NCBI GenBank assembly: GCA_963807865.1
Contig: CAWEDK010000039.1
Coordinates: 168,043 to 232,042 of the forward strand
Source: an uncultured Alphaproteobacteria bacterium
GTDB lineage: Bacteria > Pseudomonadota > Alphaproteobacteria > Rhizobiales > Xanthobacteraceae
DNA length: 64,000 nucleotides
Reading direction: 5' to 3'
The notes beneath the pieces are model-generated. The model did no database searches and was not told the origin of the DNA. It was given only the letters and a program-made list of their open reading frames with translations. Below are positions 1 through 10,256 of the stretch, piece by piece; position 1 is the stretch's first letter; every line of letters begins with the position of its first letter. The position numbers and the translations under genes are program-made.

Positions 1-102
1 TTGCATGATGCCCCGCTGACAGCGTCTTGGATTTTGGACGTTGATATGACATGGCGCCGCTGCCACAGTCCAACGATCTGCGACGGGCTGCTACCGGAAG
101 GT

Positions 103-687
103 CTAAGGTGTGCTGTCTTGGTCGTTCTGCGCCCGTGTTGCGGCGTCGGTCGAACCGCCGGCGAGGATCGTGCGGTCGAGCGCCATGCGCTGTACACCGT
201 TACCAAGCTTGGCCCTCTTGGCGGTCAGTGTCCGCGTGTTCACGCCCATCCAGGCGATTTCCGATGACAGGCGGCCGTATTCGATCTTGGGACAGCGGTT
301 CATCACCACCTTGAGGCCGTTGGCTTCGGCGAGCCTCGCGGCCTCGTCGTCGCGCACGCCAAGCTGCATCCAGATCACCCACGGCCGCGGGTTCAGCGCG
401 AGCGCCTCGCGAATGATCGGCAGCGCGTATTGCGAGGCGCGGAAGATGTCGACCATGTCGACCGGCTCGGCGATGTCCGAGAGCCTGGCGTAGATTGTGC
501 GGCCCAGCATCTCCTTGCCGGCTAGTCCCGGATTGACCGGGATCATGTTGTAGCCGCGCTCCAGCAGGTACTTGAAGGCGAAGTAGCTCGGGCGGCTTTC
601 CTTGTTGGACGCACCGACCATGGCAATCGATTTCACCGTGTTGAGAATCCCACGGATGTAGCTGTCGTCATACCGATCGTGATTCAT
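103..687 (-). CDS. CoA-binding domain protein (YccU-like)
   Basis: 194-aa ORF; IAMVGASNKESRPSY loop, IPVNP and NRCPKIEYGRL motifs typical of the CoA_binding_2 family. Confidence 0.75.
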   Translation of the reverse strand: MNHDRYDDSYIRGILNTVKSIAMVGASNKESRPSYFAFKYLLERGYNMIPVNPGLAGKEMLGRTIYARLSDIAEPVDMVDIFRASQYALPIIREALALNPRPWVIWMQLGVRDDEAARLAEANGLKVVMNRCPKIEYGRLSSEIAWMGVNTRTLTAKRAKLGNGVQRMALDRTILAGGSTDAATRAQNDQDSTP

Positions 688-762
688 GCGGTCCGCCGAT
701 CTTTCCCGTTACATAGGCGGACGCGGACGAATGGGAAAGGGTCATGCGACTTGGCGAACGGC

Positions 763-1425
763 TCACTCGGAGGCAAGCCGTGCACGCGTTGCAGGGGCGG
801 ACGCCCCGCGTAGCCGTGCGTTCTCCGCTTCCAGGTCGGCGATCCGGTTGCGCAGAACAACAGTCGCCTCGGCAATCTCGGCTTCGCTGAAACGCGAGGT
901 GATGTGTTGCGAGCAATTGACGTCCCAGGCTTCGATCGTGAACAGAATGGCGCGCTCGGGCCGCGCGCGATAGCCGGGGTCGGCGAGCCGAGCCAGCAGG
1001 GTTGGATCGTCTTCGACCGCTCGTGCATGGCCCCAGACCTTGATCCGCCGCCGCCCCGCGAAGTCGAGCAGGAACAGGTAGGCGCGGTCGTTGTCGGCGA
1101 GGTTGCCGAGCGTGATGTACTGCCGGTTACCGGCATAGTCGGCAAACCCCAGCGTGTGCTCGTCGAGCACCTTGATGAAGCCCTTGGGTCCGCCACGATG
1201 CTGGATGTAAGGGGCACCCGCCGCCGACGTCGTTCCCAGGAAGGCGGTGTCGAGTTCGGCGATGAAGGCCGCAAGCTCCGGCGTGACCCGATCGGGAAAT
1301 CCCGACGCGATCTTCCGCTCGTAGCCGCGAGCCGAGCCGCGGCTCGCCTGCTCGCGCCGGGCTGCCGGGGTGAACACAAGTTCGCTGTTGTTGACGGTAT
1401 GCGCTGTCATGAGCGAGGCCCTCAC
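763..1425 (-). CDS. pyridoxamine 5'-phosphate oxidase-related FMN-binding protein
   Basis: 220-aa ORF (alternative start 1410); GFADYAGNRQYITLGNLADNDRAYLFLLDF...RIKVWG resembles the split-barrel PNPOx-like family; divergent from the LysR gene. Confidence 0.65.
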   Translation of the reverse strand: MRASLMTAHTVNNSELVFTPAARREQASRGSARGYERKIASGFPDRVTPELAAFIAELDTAFLGTTSAAGAPYIQHRGGPKGFIKVLDEHTLGFADYAGNRQYITLGNLADNDRAYLFLLDFAGRRRIKVWGHARAVEDDPTLLARLADPGYRARPERAILFTIEAWDVNCSQHITSRFSEAEIAEATVVLRNRIADLEAENARLRGASAPATRARLASE

Positions 1426-1532
1426 GATTCTCGGCCGTCCACGAAATCAAGCGGCCAGCCGAAAATATCGTCATTGCCAATAGAAGTAACAATATTGCTT
1501 TATCGAAAATGATTATTGCGATATGCGGAATA

Positions 1533-2468
1533 ATGGACCGGATCGATAGCGCTGCGCTGTTCGTCGAGGTCGCCGAGCGCGGCAGTTTTGCCGCGGCAGC
1601 GCGCCACCTCGGCCGCTCGCCGGCAGCCGTGACCCGCGCGGTCGCCGAACTGGAAGCCCGCCTGGGCGTCCGGCTGCTCAATCGCACGACGCGGGCGGTC
1701 AGTCTCACTGATGCCGGCACGCGCTTCCTGACGGGTGCGCGGCGGGTGCTGGCGGAATTCGACGAGATCGAACGAGCGGCCGCCGGGGAGGGGACCGCAC
1801 CGCGCGGCGAATTGCGCGTGACCGCGCCGATCATGTTCGGCCGGCTGCACGTCGTCCCGATCGTGGTGCAATTTCTCCGGCGCTTCCCCGATGTCTCCGT
1901 TGCGCTCACGTTGCTCGATCGGCCGGTCGACCTAGTGGAGGAAGGATTTGACGCTGCGCTGCGCATCGGCGTGTTGGCGGAAAGCTCTGCCATCGCCACC
2001 CGCATCGGTGCGGTTCGGCAAGTCGTCGTGGCCGCGCCCGGCTATTTGCGGGAACGCGGCATCCCGGTTGCGCCGGCGGAACTCGATGCACACACGATCA
2101 TTGCGTTCCCGAACATTTCCTCCACCGAGCGATGGATATTCCGCGACCGCAACGGCGGGATCTTGCGGGTTGCGATCAAGCCCCGCCTGATCGTGAATAC
2201 CTCGGAGGCCGCGATTGCCGCAGCCTTGAGCGGATTCGGCGTGACGCAAATCCTGAGCTACCAGGCGGCGGAAGAGGTCGCGTCTGGCGCGCTGTCACGG
2301 CTGCTGCAGGACTATGAAGGCGACGTCTGGCCGATCCATCTGCTGTATCCCGGCGGGCGGCACCCGCCACCGAAGCTGCGGGCGTTTCTGGATTTTGCCG
2401 CTCCGCGACTGCGGCGCCGGCTCGAAGGCTTGTCGGTGTCAGACGCGGCTGAGTCAGCCTCCGCCTAA
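1533..2468 (+). CDS. LysR family transcriptional regulator
   Basis: N-terminal wHTH FVEVAERGSFAAAARHLGRSPAAVTRAVAELEARLGVRLLNRTTR plus LysR substrate-binding domain; start taken at ATG 1533 (MDRIDSAALF) rather than the ORF-track start at 1509. Confidence 0.85.
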   Translation: MDRIDSAALFVEVAERGSFAAAARHLGRSPAAVTRAVAELEARLGVRLLNRTTRAVSLTDAGTRFLTGARRVLAEFDEIERAAAGEGTAPRGELRVTAPIMFGRLHVVPIVVQFLRRFPDVSVALTLLDRPVDLVEEGFDAALRIGVLAESSAIATRIGAVRQVVVAAPGYLRERGIPVAPAELDAHTIIAFPNISSTERWIFRDRNGGILRVAIKPRLIVNTSEAAIAAALSGFGVTQILSYQAAEEVASGALSRLLQDYEGDVWPIHLLYPGGRHPPPKLRAFLDFAAPRLRRRLEGLSVSDAAESASA

Positions 2469-3287
2469 CGGTCGTCCCAGGCCGGGGGCCGCTTCTCGAT
2501 GAAGGCGGCGATGCCTTCTTGGGCGTCCTTGATGAGCATGTTCTCGACCATGACGTCGGCCGTCATGCGATAGGCATCCGCCAGTCCCAGTTCGAGCTGG
2601 CGGTAGAACGCCTGCTTGCCGAGCTTCACCACCTGCGAAGATTTGCCGGCGATCTTGCGCGCGAGCGCAAGCGCGGCGTCGAACTCCTGTCCGGCCGGCA
2701 CCACCTGATTGACGAGGCCGATACGGTGGGCATGTTCGGCGGAAATCAGATCGCCGGTGAGCAGCATTTCCATCGCATGCTTGCGGGCGACATTGCGCGA
2801 CAGCGCCACCATCGGCGTGGAGCAGAACAGGCCGGCATTGATGCCGGACACGCCGAACTTCGCCGCGGCCGATGCGACCGCGAGATCGCAACTCGCCACC
2901 AATTGGCAGCCGGCGGCGGTCGCGATGCCTTGAACCGCAGCGATCACCGGCTGCGGCAGGTGGACGATCTGCATCATCATGGCGCTGCAGGTCTGCATGA
3001 TGTGCTGGAAGTAGCCGCGTCCGTGGTCGGCGTCGCTGCGCCGTGCGGTCAACTCCTTGAGGTCGTGGCCGCCCGAGAAGGCCGGTCCTTTCGCCGTCAG
3101 CACGACGACACGGATCGCGCGGTCGCCGGCGAGCGCGGTGAATTCGCGCGCCAGCGCGGCCAGCATCGCCTCGGATAAGGTGTTGCGGATCTGCGGCCGG
3201 TTGAGCGTGAGAACCGCGATCGCCCTCCGCATTCTCGCGCAGCAGAACGGCATCGGTGGGGGCGGGCAGCGGGGTTTGGACGTTCAT
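2465..3287 (-). CDS. enoyl-CoA hydratase/isomerase (crotonase) family protein, apparent +1 frameshift near 3220
   Basis: Crotonase motifs (VLTAKGPAFSGGHDLKE, AAVQGIATAAGCQLVASCDL). The true N-terminus MNVQTPLPAPTDAVLLRENAEG (ATG 3287) is in another frame and joins IAVLTLNRPQIRN if one G at about 3220 is removed. Confidence 0.8.
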
Positions 3288-3376
3288 GGCGCTGGTCCAA
3301 AGGCTTTGCGATCGTGGCGGCGCATTGTATCCGATCCGCGGTCGTGCGGCAGGCGGATTGCGCAGGGGAGGCGGCG

Positions 3377-3814
3377 ATGGCGGAACCGGTCATGACGGTC
3401 AGCGAACTCGAGGGCTTCCTCGCCGCCGAGTTTCCGCAGTTTTTTCACGCCGCAAGCGGGCTCACGATCGAGGAGGTGTCGGCCAACGGCTGCCGGGTCC
3501 GGCAGTCGTACCGCGAGGCGTCGATCCGCCCCGGCGGTACGATCTCGGGACCCACCATGATGGCGCTTGCCGATTTCTCGATGTATGTGGCGGTCCTGGC
3601 GGCGATCGGGCCGGTGCCGCTCGCCGTCACCACCAATCTCAACATCAATTTTCTCCGCAAGCCCGCGCCGCGCGACCTGCTCGCCGATGCCCGCCTGTTG
3701 AAGGTCGGCAAGCGGCTGGCGGTCGGCGAGGTGACGATCCGCTCCGAGGGCGAAGAGGATGCGGTCGCGCATGTCACCTCGACCTATTCGATCCCGCCGC
3801 CGGCGGGCCGTTAG
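3377..3814 (+). CDS. PaaI-family hotdog-fold thioesterase
   Basis: GGTISGPTMMALADFSMYVAVL and LLKVGKRLAVGEVTI are typical of PaaI/4HBT thioesterases; GGGGAGG SD ahead of ATG 3377. Confidence 0.75.
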   Translation: MAEPVMTVSELEGFLAAEFPQFFHAASGLTIEEVSANGCRVRQSYREASIRPGGTISGPTMMALADFSMYVAVLAAIGPVPLAVTTNLNINFLRKPAPRDLLADARLLKVGKRLAVGEVTIRSEGEEDAVAHVTSTYSIPPPAGR

Positions 3815-3978
3815 CGCGAGGTATTATTGAACCATTTTTCTATGATGCTGATTTTACACGGAAAATAATGCAGGAATCGGCGTTGACCGGCGGCCGGGCC
3901 ATAGTGTACTCAGCCGCCATCCAATAGACACTCGGCGTCACGCACGCGGCGTCGTTCCGTTCATCGAAAGCTCTCGCC

Positions 3979-4443
3979 ATGCCCACATATTCGGCCAAAC
4001 CCGCCGAGGTCGAGAAGAAATGGATCCTGATCGACGCCAGCGGCCTTGTGGTCGGCCGGCTTGCAACCATCGCGGCCATGCGCCTGCGGGGCAAGCATAA
4101 GCCGACCTACACGCCGCATGTCGACGACGGTGACAACGTCATCATCATCAATGCCGACAAGATCGTGCTGACCGGCAAGAAGCGCGAAAACAAGGTTTAT
4201 TATCATCACACCGGCTTCATCGGCGGCATCAAGGAGCGGACCGCCAAGTCCATCCTGGAAGGCAAGTTTCCGCAGCGGGTGGTGGAAAAGGCGATCGAGC
4301 GGATGCTGCCGCGCGGCCCCTTGGCCCGTGTCCAACTCGGGAATCTCCGCGTGTACGCGGGCGCCGAGCATCCGCATGCCGCACAGAAGCCTGAACTCTT
4401 CGATGTGGCCGGGTTGAACCGTAAAAACACCAGGAGCGCGTGA
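3979..4443 (+). CDS. rplM: 50S ribosomal protein L13
   Basis: 154 aa; [61 protein letters not shown] is an unmistakable L13. Confidence 0.97.
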   Translation: MPTYSAKPAEVEKKWILIDASGLVVGRLATIAAMRLRGKHKPTYTPHVDDGDNVIIINADKIVLTGKKRENKVYYHHTGFIGGIKERTAKSILEGKFPQRVVEKAIERMLPRGPLARVQLGNLRVYAGAEHPHAAQKPELFDVAGLNRKNTRSA

Positions 4444-4445
4444 CC

Positions 4446-4925
4446 GTGGCCGAAAGCATGCAATCGCTCGACCAGTTGTCGACGCTCAAGCCCGCCGCAG
4501 CGCCCGAGACGGCGAAATACGTCCAGAAACTCGACAAGCAGGGTCGCGCTTACGCCACCGGCAAGCGCAAGAACGCGGTGGCGCGGGTCTGGGTCAAGCC
4601 GGGCTCCGGGACCATCACGGTCAACACCCGCACGTTCGAAGTATTCTTCGCCCGCCCGGTGTTGCGCATGCTGATCCAGCAGCCGTTGGTCGCAACCAAC
4701 CGCAACGGCCAGTATGACGTTGTTTGCACGGTTTCGGGCGGCGGACTGTCCGGCCAGGCCGGTGCGGTTCGTCACGGCCTCTCGAAGGCGCTGATGAATT
4801 TCGAACCGGACCTGCGGGGCGCCCTCAAGCGCGCAGGGTTTCTCACCCGCGATTCACGCGTGGTGGAACGCAAGAAGTACGGCAAGGCCAAGGCTCGCCG
4901 CTCGTTCCAGTTCTCCAAGCGTTGA
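4446..4925 (+). CDS. rpsI: 30S ribosomal protein S9
   Basis: [21 protein letters not shown] ... [19 protein letters not shown]; GTG 4446 lies 7 nt after AGGAG (4434-4438); directly follows rplM. Confidence 0.95.
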   Translation: MAESMQSLDQLSTLKPAAAPETAKYVQKLDKQGRAYATGKRKNAVARVWVKPGSGTITVNTRTFEVFFARPVLRMLIQQPLVATNRNGQYDVVCTVSGGGLSGQAGAVRHGLSKALMNFEPDLRGALKRAGFLTRDSRVVERKKYGKAKARRSFQFSKR

Positions 4926-4955
4926 GCCGTCCGGCTTTCCAGTTTTGTGTTGCTG

Positions 4956-4990
4956 ACGCGGCGGCCGAACGGGCCGCCGCGTTTGCTTTG
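4956..4990 (+). terminator. intrinsic terminator after rpsI
   Basis: Perfect 11-bp stem ACGCGGCGGCC / GGCCGCCGCGT (4956-4966 / 4972-4982) followed by TTGCTTTG. Confidence 0.6.
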
Positions 4991-5255
4991 CGTGCTGCGC
5001 GGCCGATTGTTGCGCCGCCGGGTAAGTTCTGGGCGGCTCTTTCCGGAAAGATTCTGAAAGCGCAATGCACGCAGCCCTTATGACGCATTGCGCAGCCGGT
5101 CAGACAAGGTTACCGCCGACGTCGCGAAATAGCTCAAACTGCGCGCCGGTCGTTTATCTGCCGGCAAGCCTAATCGCTGCCGATTCTCCGCCAGTAACGC
5201 CTGCGGAACCTTGCCGGTCCAGAGTGGCCGCCATTCGGCGCGGCGGGTAGCTTGC

Positions 5256-6521
5256 ATGCATCTCGATGTCGGAACCCTCTCGGTTGTAACGGTTTTCGTG
5301 ACGGCGCTGCTCGGTGCGCTGCTCGTCTTCGCGGGCATGCAAAACCGCACCATCCACGCTTTGATGTGGTGGGGATCGGCCCAGATCGTCGGTGCGACCG
5401 GGTTGGCCCTGGTAACGATGCGCGGTTCGGTCCCGGATTTCGTCTCGATCGATCTCGCCAACGCGCTGGTGCTGCTGGCGTATGGCCTGACCTGGGCGGG
5501 CGCGCGCAAGTTCGACGGCCGCAAGGTGCTGCCGGCTGTTGTCGTGTTCGCGCCGATCTTGTGGCTGCTGGCCTGTCGAGTCCCGGCATTCGCGGACGAT
5601 GTCAATCTGCGCGTGGTCGTCGTGTCGGGCATGATGGCGATGCTGGCGGCGGCCACCGCCGAGGAGTTCTGGCGCGGCTGCGACGAGCCGCTGATGTCGC
5701 GCTGGCCCACCGTGATCGTGCTGCTGGCCTATTCGGCAGCGCTGCTCGCGCGCATACCGGCAACGTATTTCTCGCCGTTGCTCGATAATCAACCGGTCAT
5801 GAGCGGGGTCTCGTTCGCGCTGCTCGCATTCGGAACGCTGCTCTTTACGGTCGTCATGTCGTTCCTGTTGCTGAACATGACCAAGGAGCGAACCGAACTG
5901 CAGCACAAGATCAATTCATTGGTCGATCCGTTGTGCGGCGTCCCGAACCGTCGCGCCTTCCTCAACGGCGCGCACCAGCTTTTCGATCGGCAGGCCTCCG
6001 ACGGCGAGCCTTTGGGCGTCTTTCTTTTCGATCTCGACCATTTCAAGCAGGTCAACGACCATCTGGGCCACGCGGCTGGCGACCAGGTGCTGCAGACCTT
6101 TGCGCAATCAGCCACGGCGACGCTCGGCGCTGAGGCGTTGTTCGGGCGCATCGGCGGTGAAGAATTCGCCTGTCTCATGCCGGTCGGCGACCTGGGCGAG
6201 GCATTCGCGATCGGGGACCGGGTACGACGCAATTTCGCCGATGCCGCTCGGCGGTTTGCCGATCACAAGCTCGCACCCACGGTGAGCGCCGGCGTCACGA
6301 TCTCGCTCGATCCGAAAGCCGGCGTAGACGGCCTGTTGGCGATCGCCGACCGAGCGCTGTATCGCGCTAAGGCTAACGGCCGCAATCGCGTCGAAGCGAC
6401 CGCGCCACTCGATGAGGCGCGCGAGATCATCGCCTGCACGCCCTCGATCGTGCCGCTGATCGGATCCGATCAAGCAGGCTTCGCCGGAGCGACCGGTGTT
6501 CGCCGACGCATTGCAGGCTGA
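5256..6521 (+). CDS. membrane-anchored diguanylate cyclase (GGDEF domain)
   Basis: About 200-aa multi-TM N-terminus then GGDEF domain ([50 protein letters not shown]); no RxxD I-site 5 residues before GGEEF. Confidence 0.85.
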   Translation: MHLDVGTLSVVTVFVTALLGALLVFAGMQNRTIHALMWWGSAQIVGATGLALVTMRGSVPDFVSIDLANALVLLAYGLTWAGARKFDGRKVLPAVVVFAPILWLLACRVPAFADDVNLRVVVVSGMMAMLAAATAEEFWRGCDEPLMSRWPTVIVLLAYSAALLARIPATYFSPLLDNQPVMSGVSFALLAFGTLLFTVVMSFLLLNMTKERTELQHKINSLVDPLCGVPNRRAFLNGAHQLFDRQASDGEPLGVFLFDLDHFKQVNDHLGHAAGDQVLQTFAQSATATLGAEALFGRIGGEEFACLMPVGDLGEAFAIGDRVRRNFADAARRFADHKLAPTVSAGVTISLDPKAGVDGLLAIADRALYRAKANGRNRVEATAPLDEAREIIACTPSIVPLIGSDQAGFAGATGVRRRIAG

Positions 6522-6753
6522 AACCGCGCGGTTGCCTGCGCCACTTGATCAATGCTCCAGGTAGCATTGCAGCCTCCGGCGCGCATGGCGTTTGGCGCTT
6601 TGCGAGTACTGCCGATGGTTTGTCGCGACTTTCATTTCAAAGCGAGATGATCACCGAAAGCTTTGGCACACGCTGAAGTCAGAGTTTCCTCGCTCGAACG
6701 ACGATTGCTGTTAAACAACAAAAGCGATCCGTAGGTTCTCAAGGGGTCTCGCA

Positions 6754-8024
6754 ATGCAGTTGACCAGTATCGCCGCGCCGATCGATCTCGACATCACGAC
6801 GCTGTTCGTCGTCGCGACCTGCATCACTGCGCTGCTCGGACTCTTGCTGCTGTCGGCCTGGGCGCAGGAGCGCATTCGCGCCCTGGCGTGGTGGGGATCG
6901 GCCTATCTGATCGGCGGCTTCTCGGTGGCGATCTGGAGCGTCGAGACTTCATTCTCGCCGCCCTTGCCGATCGGCATCGCCAACACGCTGGTGTTCGTGG
7001 CCTGCGGCATGATCTGGAGTGCCGCGCGGCTGTTCCACGGCCGCCGTGTTCTCTGGGTGTGGATGTTGACCGGAGCGGCGGTTTGGCTCGCCGCCTGCTT
7101 CCTGCCGGAATTCGCGCAATGGACCGCCGCGCGCATCGTCCTGAGTTCGATCATCGTATCCGCTTACACGTTCCTGACCGCCGCCGAACTCTGGCGCGAG
7201 CGCCGCAAGACCCTGCTGCGGCGATGGCCCGCGATCTTCGTGCCGATCCTGCACGGGGCGGTCTTTCTGTTTCCAATTCCGTTGGCGAGCCTGCTGCCGA
7301 CGCGACGGCGGAATGGTCAGTCTTGCCAGCGGATGGATCGCGGTCTTCGTGCTGGAGGTCATGCTCTACATCGTCGGCACTGCCTTCGTCGTGCTGGTGC
7401 TTGCCAAGGAGCGCAGCGTACGGGTCTTGCGTGACGCCGCTTCCACCGACGAAATGACCGGCCTGCTCAACCGGCGCGGATTCTTCGCCGCCGCCCATGA
7501 GCTTGGTCCTCCGGCAGGCCAAGCACCGCGAGCCGGTGAGCGTGCTGATGTTCGACCTCGACCATTTCAAGTCGATCAACGATCGCTTCGGTCACCCGTT
7601 CGGCGACGAGGTCTTGCGGACCTTCGCCAGCACCGCCTCGTCCAGCCTGCGGGCCGGCGATCTGGTCGGGCGCTTCGGCGGCGAGGAGTTCGTCGCGATG
7701 CTGCCGGGCAATCTCGCCGAGGCGAGTATCGCGGCCGACCGCGTGCGGCTGGCGTTCCAAGCCGCCGCCAGCGTGGTCTCGGGACAGAAGGTGGATGCGA
7801 CCGTGAGCATCGGCGTGGCTTCGGGCGGCATCGATGTTCCAGGCCTGATCGCTTCCGCCGACGTCGCGCTCTATCGCGCCAAGGCCAATGGTCGCAACCG
7901 CGTGGAAGGCGTCGAGCACACCCTGCCGGGTCTCCCGCCGTCGCTTGCGCCGTCCGGCGCGGCTGCTGGGCTGGCGTGGGACGTCAGCCCCGGGGCGCAG
8001 GATGGGCGCGTTCCCGCAGCTTGA
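6754..8024 (+). pseudogene. paralogous membrane GGDEF diguanylate cyclase, split over three frames (breaks near 7300 and 7503)
   Basis: The N-terminal TM domain aligns to the upstream paralog (ALAWWGSAYLIGG vs ALMWWGSAQIVGA). Frame 1 changes to frame 2 (MVSLASGWIAVFVLEV...TGLLNRRGFFAAAHE), then to frame 3 (LVLRQAKHREPVSVLMFDLDHFKSINDRFGH...GRFGGEEF...[13 protein letters not shown]). An RAGD I-site is present. Confidence 0.75.
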
Positions 8025-8045
8025 GTGAGTGTTGCGCACAACGAA

Positions 8046-8071
8046 AACGGGCGCTCGAAGGAGCGCCCGTT
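8046..8071. terminator. bidirectional hairpin terminator between the GGDEF paralog and glnA
   Basis: 11-bp perfect stem AACGGGCGCTC-GAAG-GAGCGCCCGTT, flanked by CGAAAA on one side and GCGTTTACG on the other, so a U-rich tail follows it on both strands. Confidence 0.6.
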
Positions 8072-8100
8072 GCGTTTACGTCGATGACGCGCAGAACGGC

Positions 8101-9511
8101 CTACGCCGAATAGTACATCTCGAACTCGACCGGATGCGGCGTGTGCTCGAAGCGGATCACCTCGGTCATCTTCAGCTCGATGTAGCTGTCGATGAAGTCG
8201 TCGTCGAACACGCCGCCGACCTTCAGGAAGGCGCGGTCCTTGTCGAGTTCTTCCAGCGCCTGCGCGCAGCGAGCCGCACACGGTCGGGATGGTCTTGAGC
8301 TCCGCCTTCGGCAGGTCGTAGAGGTCCTTGTCCATCGCGGCGCCCGGATCGAGCTTGTTCTTGACGCCGTCGAGGCCGGCCATCAGCATCGCGGCGAAGC
8401 CGAGATACGGATTGCACAGCGGATCGGGGAAACGGACCTCGACGCGCTTGGCCTTCGGATTGGTGGTGTACGGGATGCGGCAGGAGGCCGAGCGGTTGCG
8501 CGCCGAGTAGGCGAGCAGCACCGGCGCCTCGTAGCCCGGGACGAGCCGCTTGTAGGAATTCGTCGTCGGGTTGGTGAAGGCGTTGATCGCCTTGGCGTGC
8601 TTGATGATGCCGGCGATGTAGGACAGGCAGGTCTCCGACAGGTCGGCGTACTTGTTGCCGGCGAAGACCGGCTTGCCGTCCTTCCAGATCGACTGGTGGC
8701 AGTGCATGCCCGAGCCATTGTCGCCGTAGATCGGCTTGGGCATGAAGGTTGCGGTCTTGCCGTAGATCTGCGCCACCTGGTGGATGCAGTACTTATAGAT
8801 CTGCATGCGGTCGGCCATGATCGTGAGCGGCGAGAACTTCAGGCCGAGTTCGTGCTGAGCGGAGGCCACTTCGTGGTGATGCTTCTCGACGATGCAGCCC
8901 ATCCGCGCCATCGCGCCGAGCATCTCGGAGCGGATGTCCTGGGCGGTGTCCTGCGGCGGGACCGGGAAATAGCCCTTCTTGAAGCCGACGTGATGACCGA
9001 GATTGCCGCCTTCGTATTCGGTGTCGGAATTGGTCGGGAATTCGATCGAGTTGAGCTTGAAGCCGGTGTTGTAGGGCTGCGCCGAGTACTTCACGTCATC
9101 GAAAATGAAGAACTCGGCTTCCGGACCAAACAGGATCGAGTCGCCAACGCCCATGGCCTTGACCATGCCTTCGGCCTTCTTGGCGATGCCGCGCGGGTCG
9201 CGGTTGTAGGGTTCGCCGGTCGTCGGCTCGAGCACGTCGCAGACGATCGAGAGGGTGGTCTCGGCGAAGAACGGATCGATGGTCGCGGTCACCGGATCTG
9301 GCATCAGGCACATGTCGGATTCGTTGATCGCCTTCCAGCCGGCAATCGACGAACCGTCGAACATCTGGCCTTCGGCGAACGTCTCTTCTTCGATCATCGA
9401 TACGTCGAAGGTGACGTGCTGCCACTTGCCGCGCGGGTCGGTGAACCGGAAGTCGACGTATTTGACGTCGTTGTCCTTGATCATTTTCATGACGTCTTTG
9501 GCCGTTGTCAT
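8101..9511 (-). CDS. glnA: glutamine synthetase type I, apparent +1 frameshift near 8264
   Basis: [32 protein letters not shown] ... [18 protein letters not shown]. After CGSLR the frame breaks; removing one C at about 8264 restores [53 protein letters not shown] and the stop at 8101. Confidence 0.95.
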
Positions 9512-9599
9512 GGAATCGTACCTTTCGTATGGCTGGGTCTTCGTATGGCCGGCCGGTCGGACCGGGCGCGTAGGCGTTGAGGCGTGCAGGAGGGGCGGT

Positions 9600-9992
<393 letters not shown>

Positions 9993-9993
9993 T

Positions 9994-10010
9994 TAGCAGG
10001 GTCCGTGCCA
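9994..10010 (-). promoter_or_regulatory. candidate sigma54 (-24/-12) promoter of glnB
   Basis: Minus strand reads TGGCACGGACCCTGCTA (GG-N10-GC spacing correct; consensus TGGCAC-N5-TTGCW), about 55 nt upstream of the glnB ATG. Confidence 0.5.
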
Positions 10011-10256
10011 AGCCCGCCTGAACGGGAAAAATGCCCGCCGATCAGATGGTTGGAAGGCGCGAGGCCATGCGTCTCGGCCATCAGGAACAGGCTTGCGATT
10101 AGAAATTAAGCAATACGCTTATTGCAAGAGCAATCCTAGCGCCGATCCGCCGCTTCGGCTCGACGAGCTGACCGATCCGGCGGCAATTGGGCCGACAAAG
10201 CGCATGTAGCGCCCTGGTCGCGCTCGATTTCGCAACGAGCTACTCTCCCGGCCACC

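Noticed and set aside
8192-9580. 462-aa ORF on the + strand, and similar long ORFs at 14993..16363 (-), 33123..34661 (+), 35960..37243 (+), 61905..63308 (-), 63309..63998 (-), 22306..22860 (+) and 26850..27560 (+)
   Set aside because: Each is the antisense or an off-frame shadow of a confidently identified gene (glnA, clpA, rnr, topA, the Liv SBP, livH and others). They are Arg/Gly/Ala/Pro/His-rich low-complexity translations with no recognisable motifs. This is the usual stop-codon-poor artefact of high-GC DNA.
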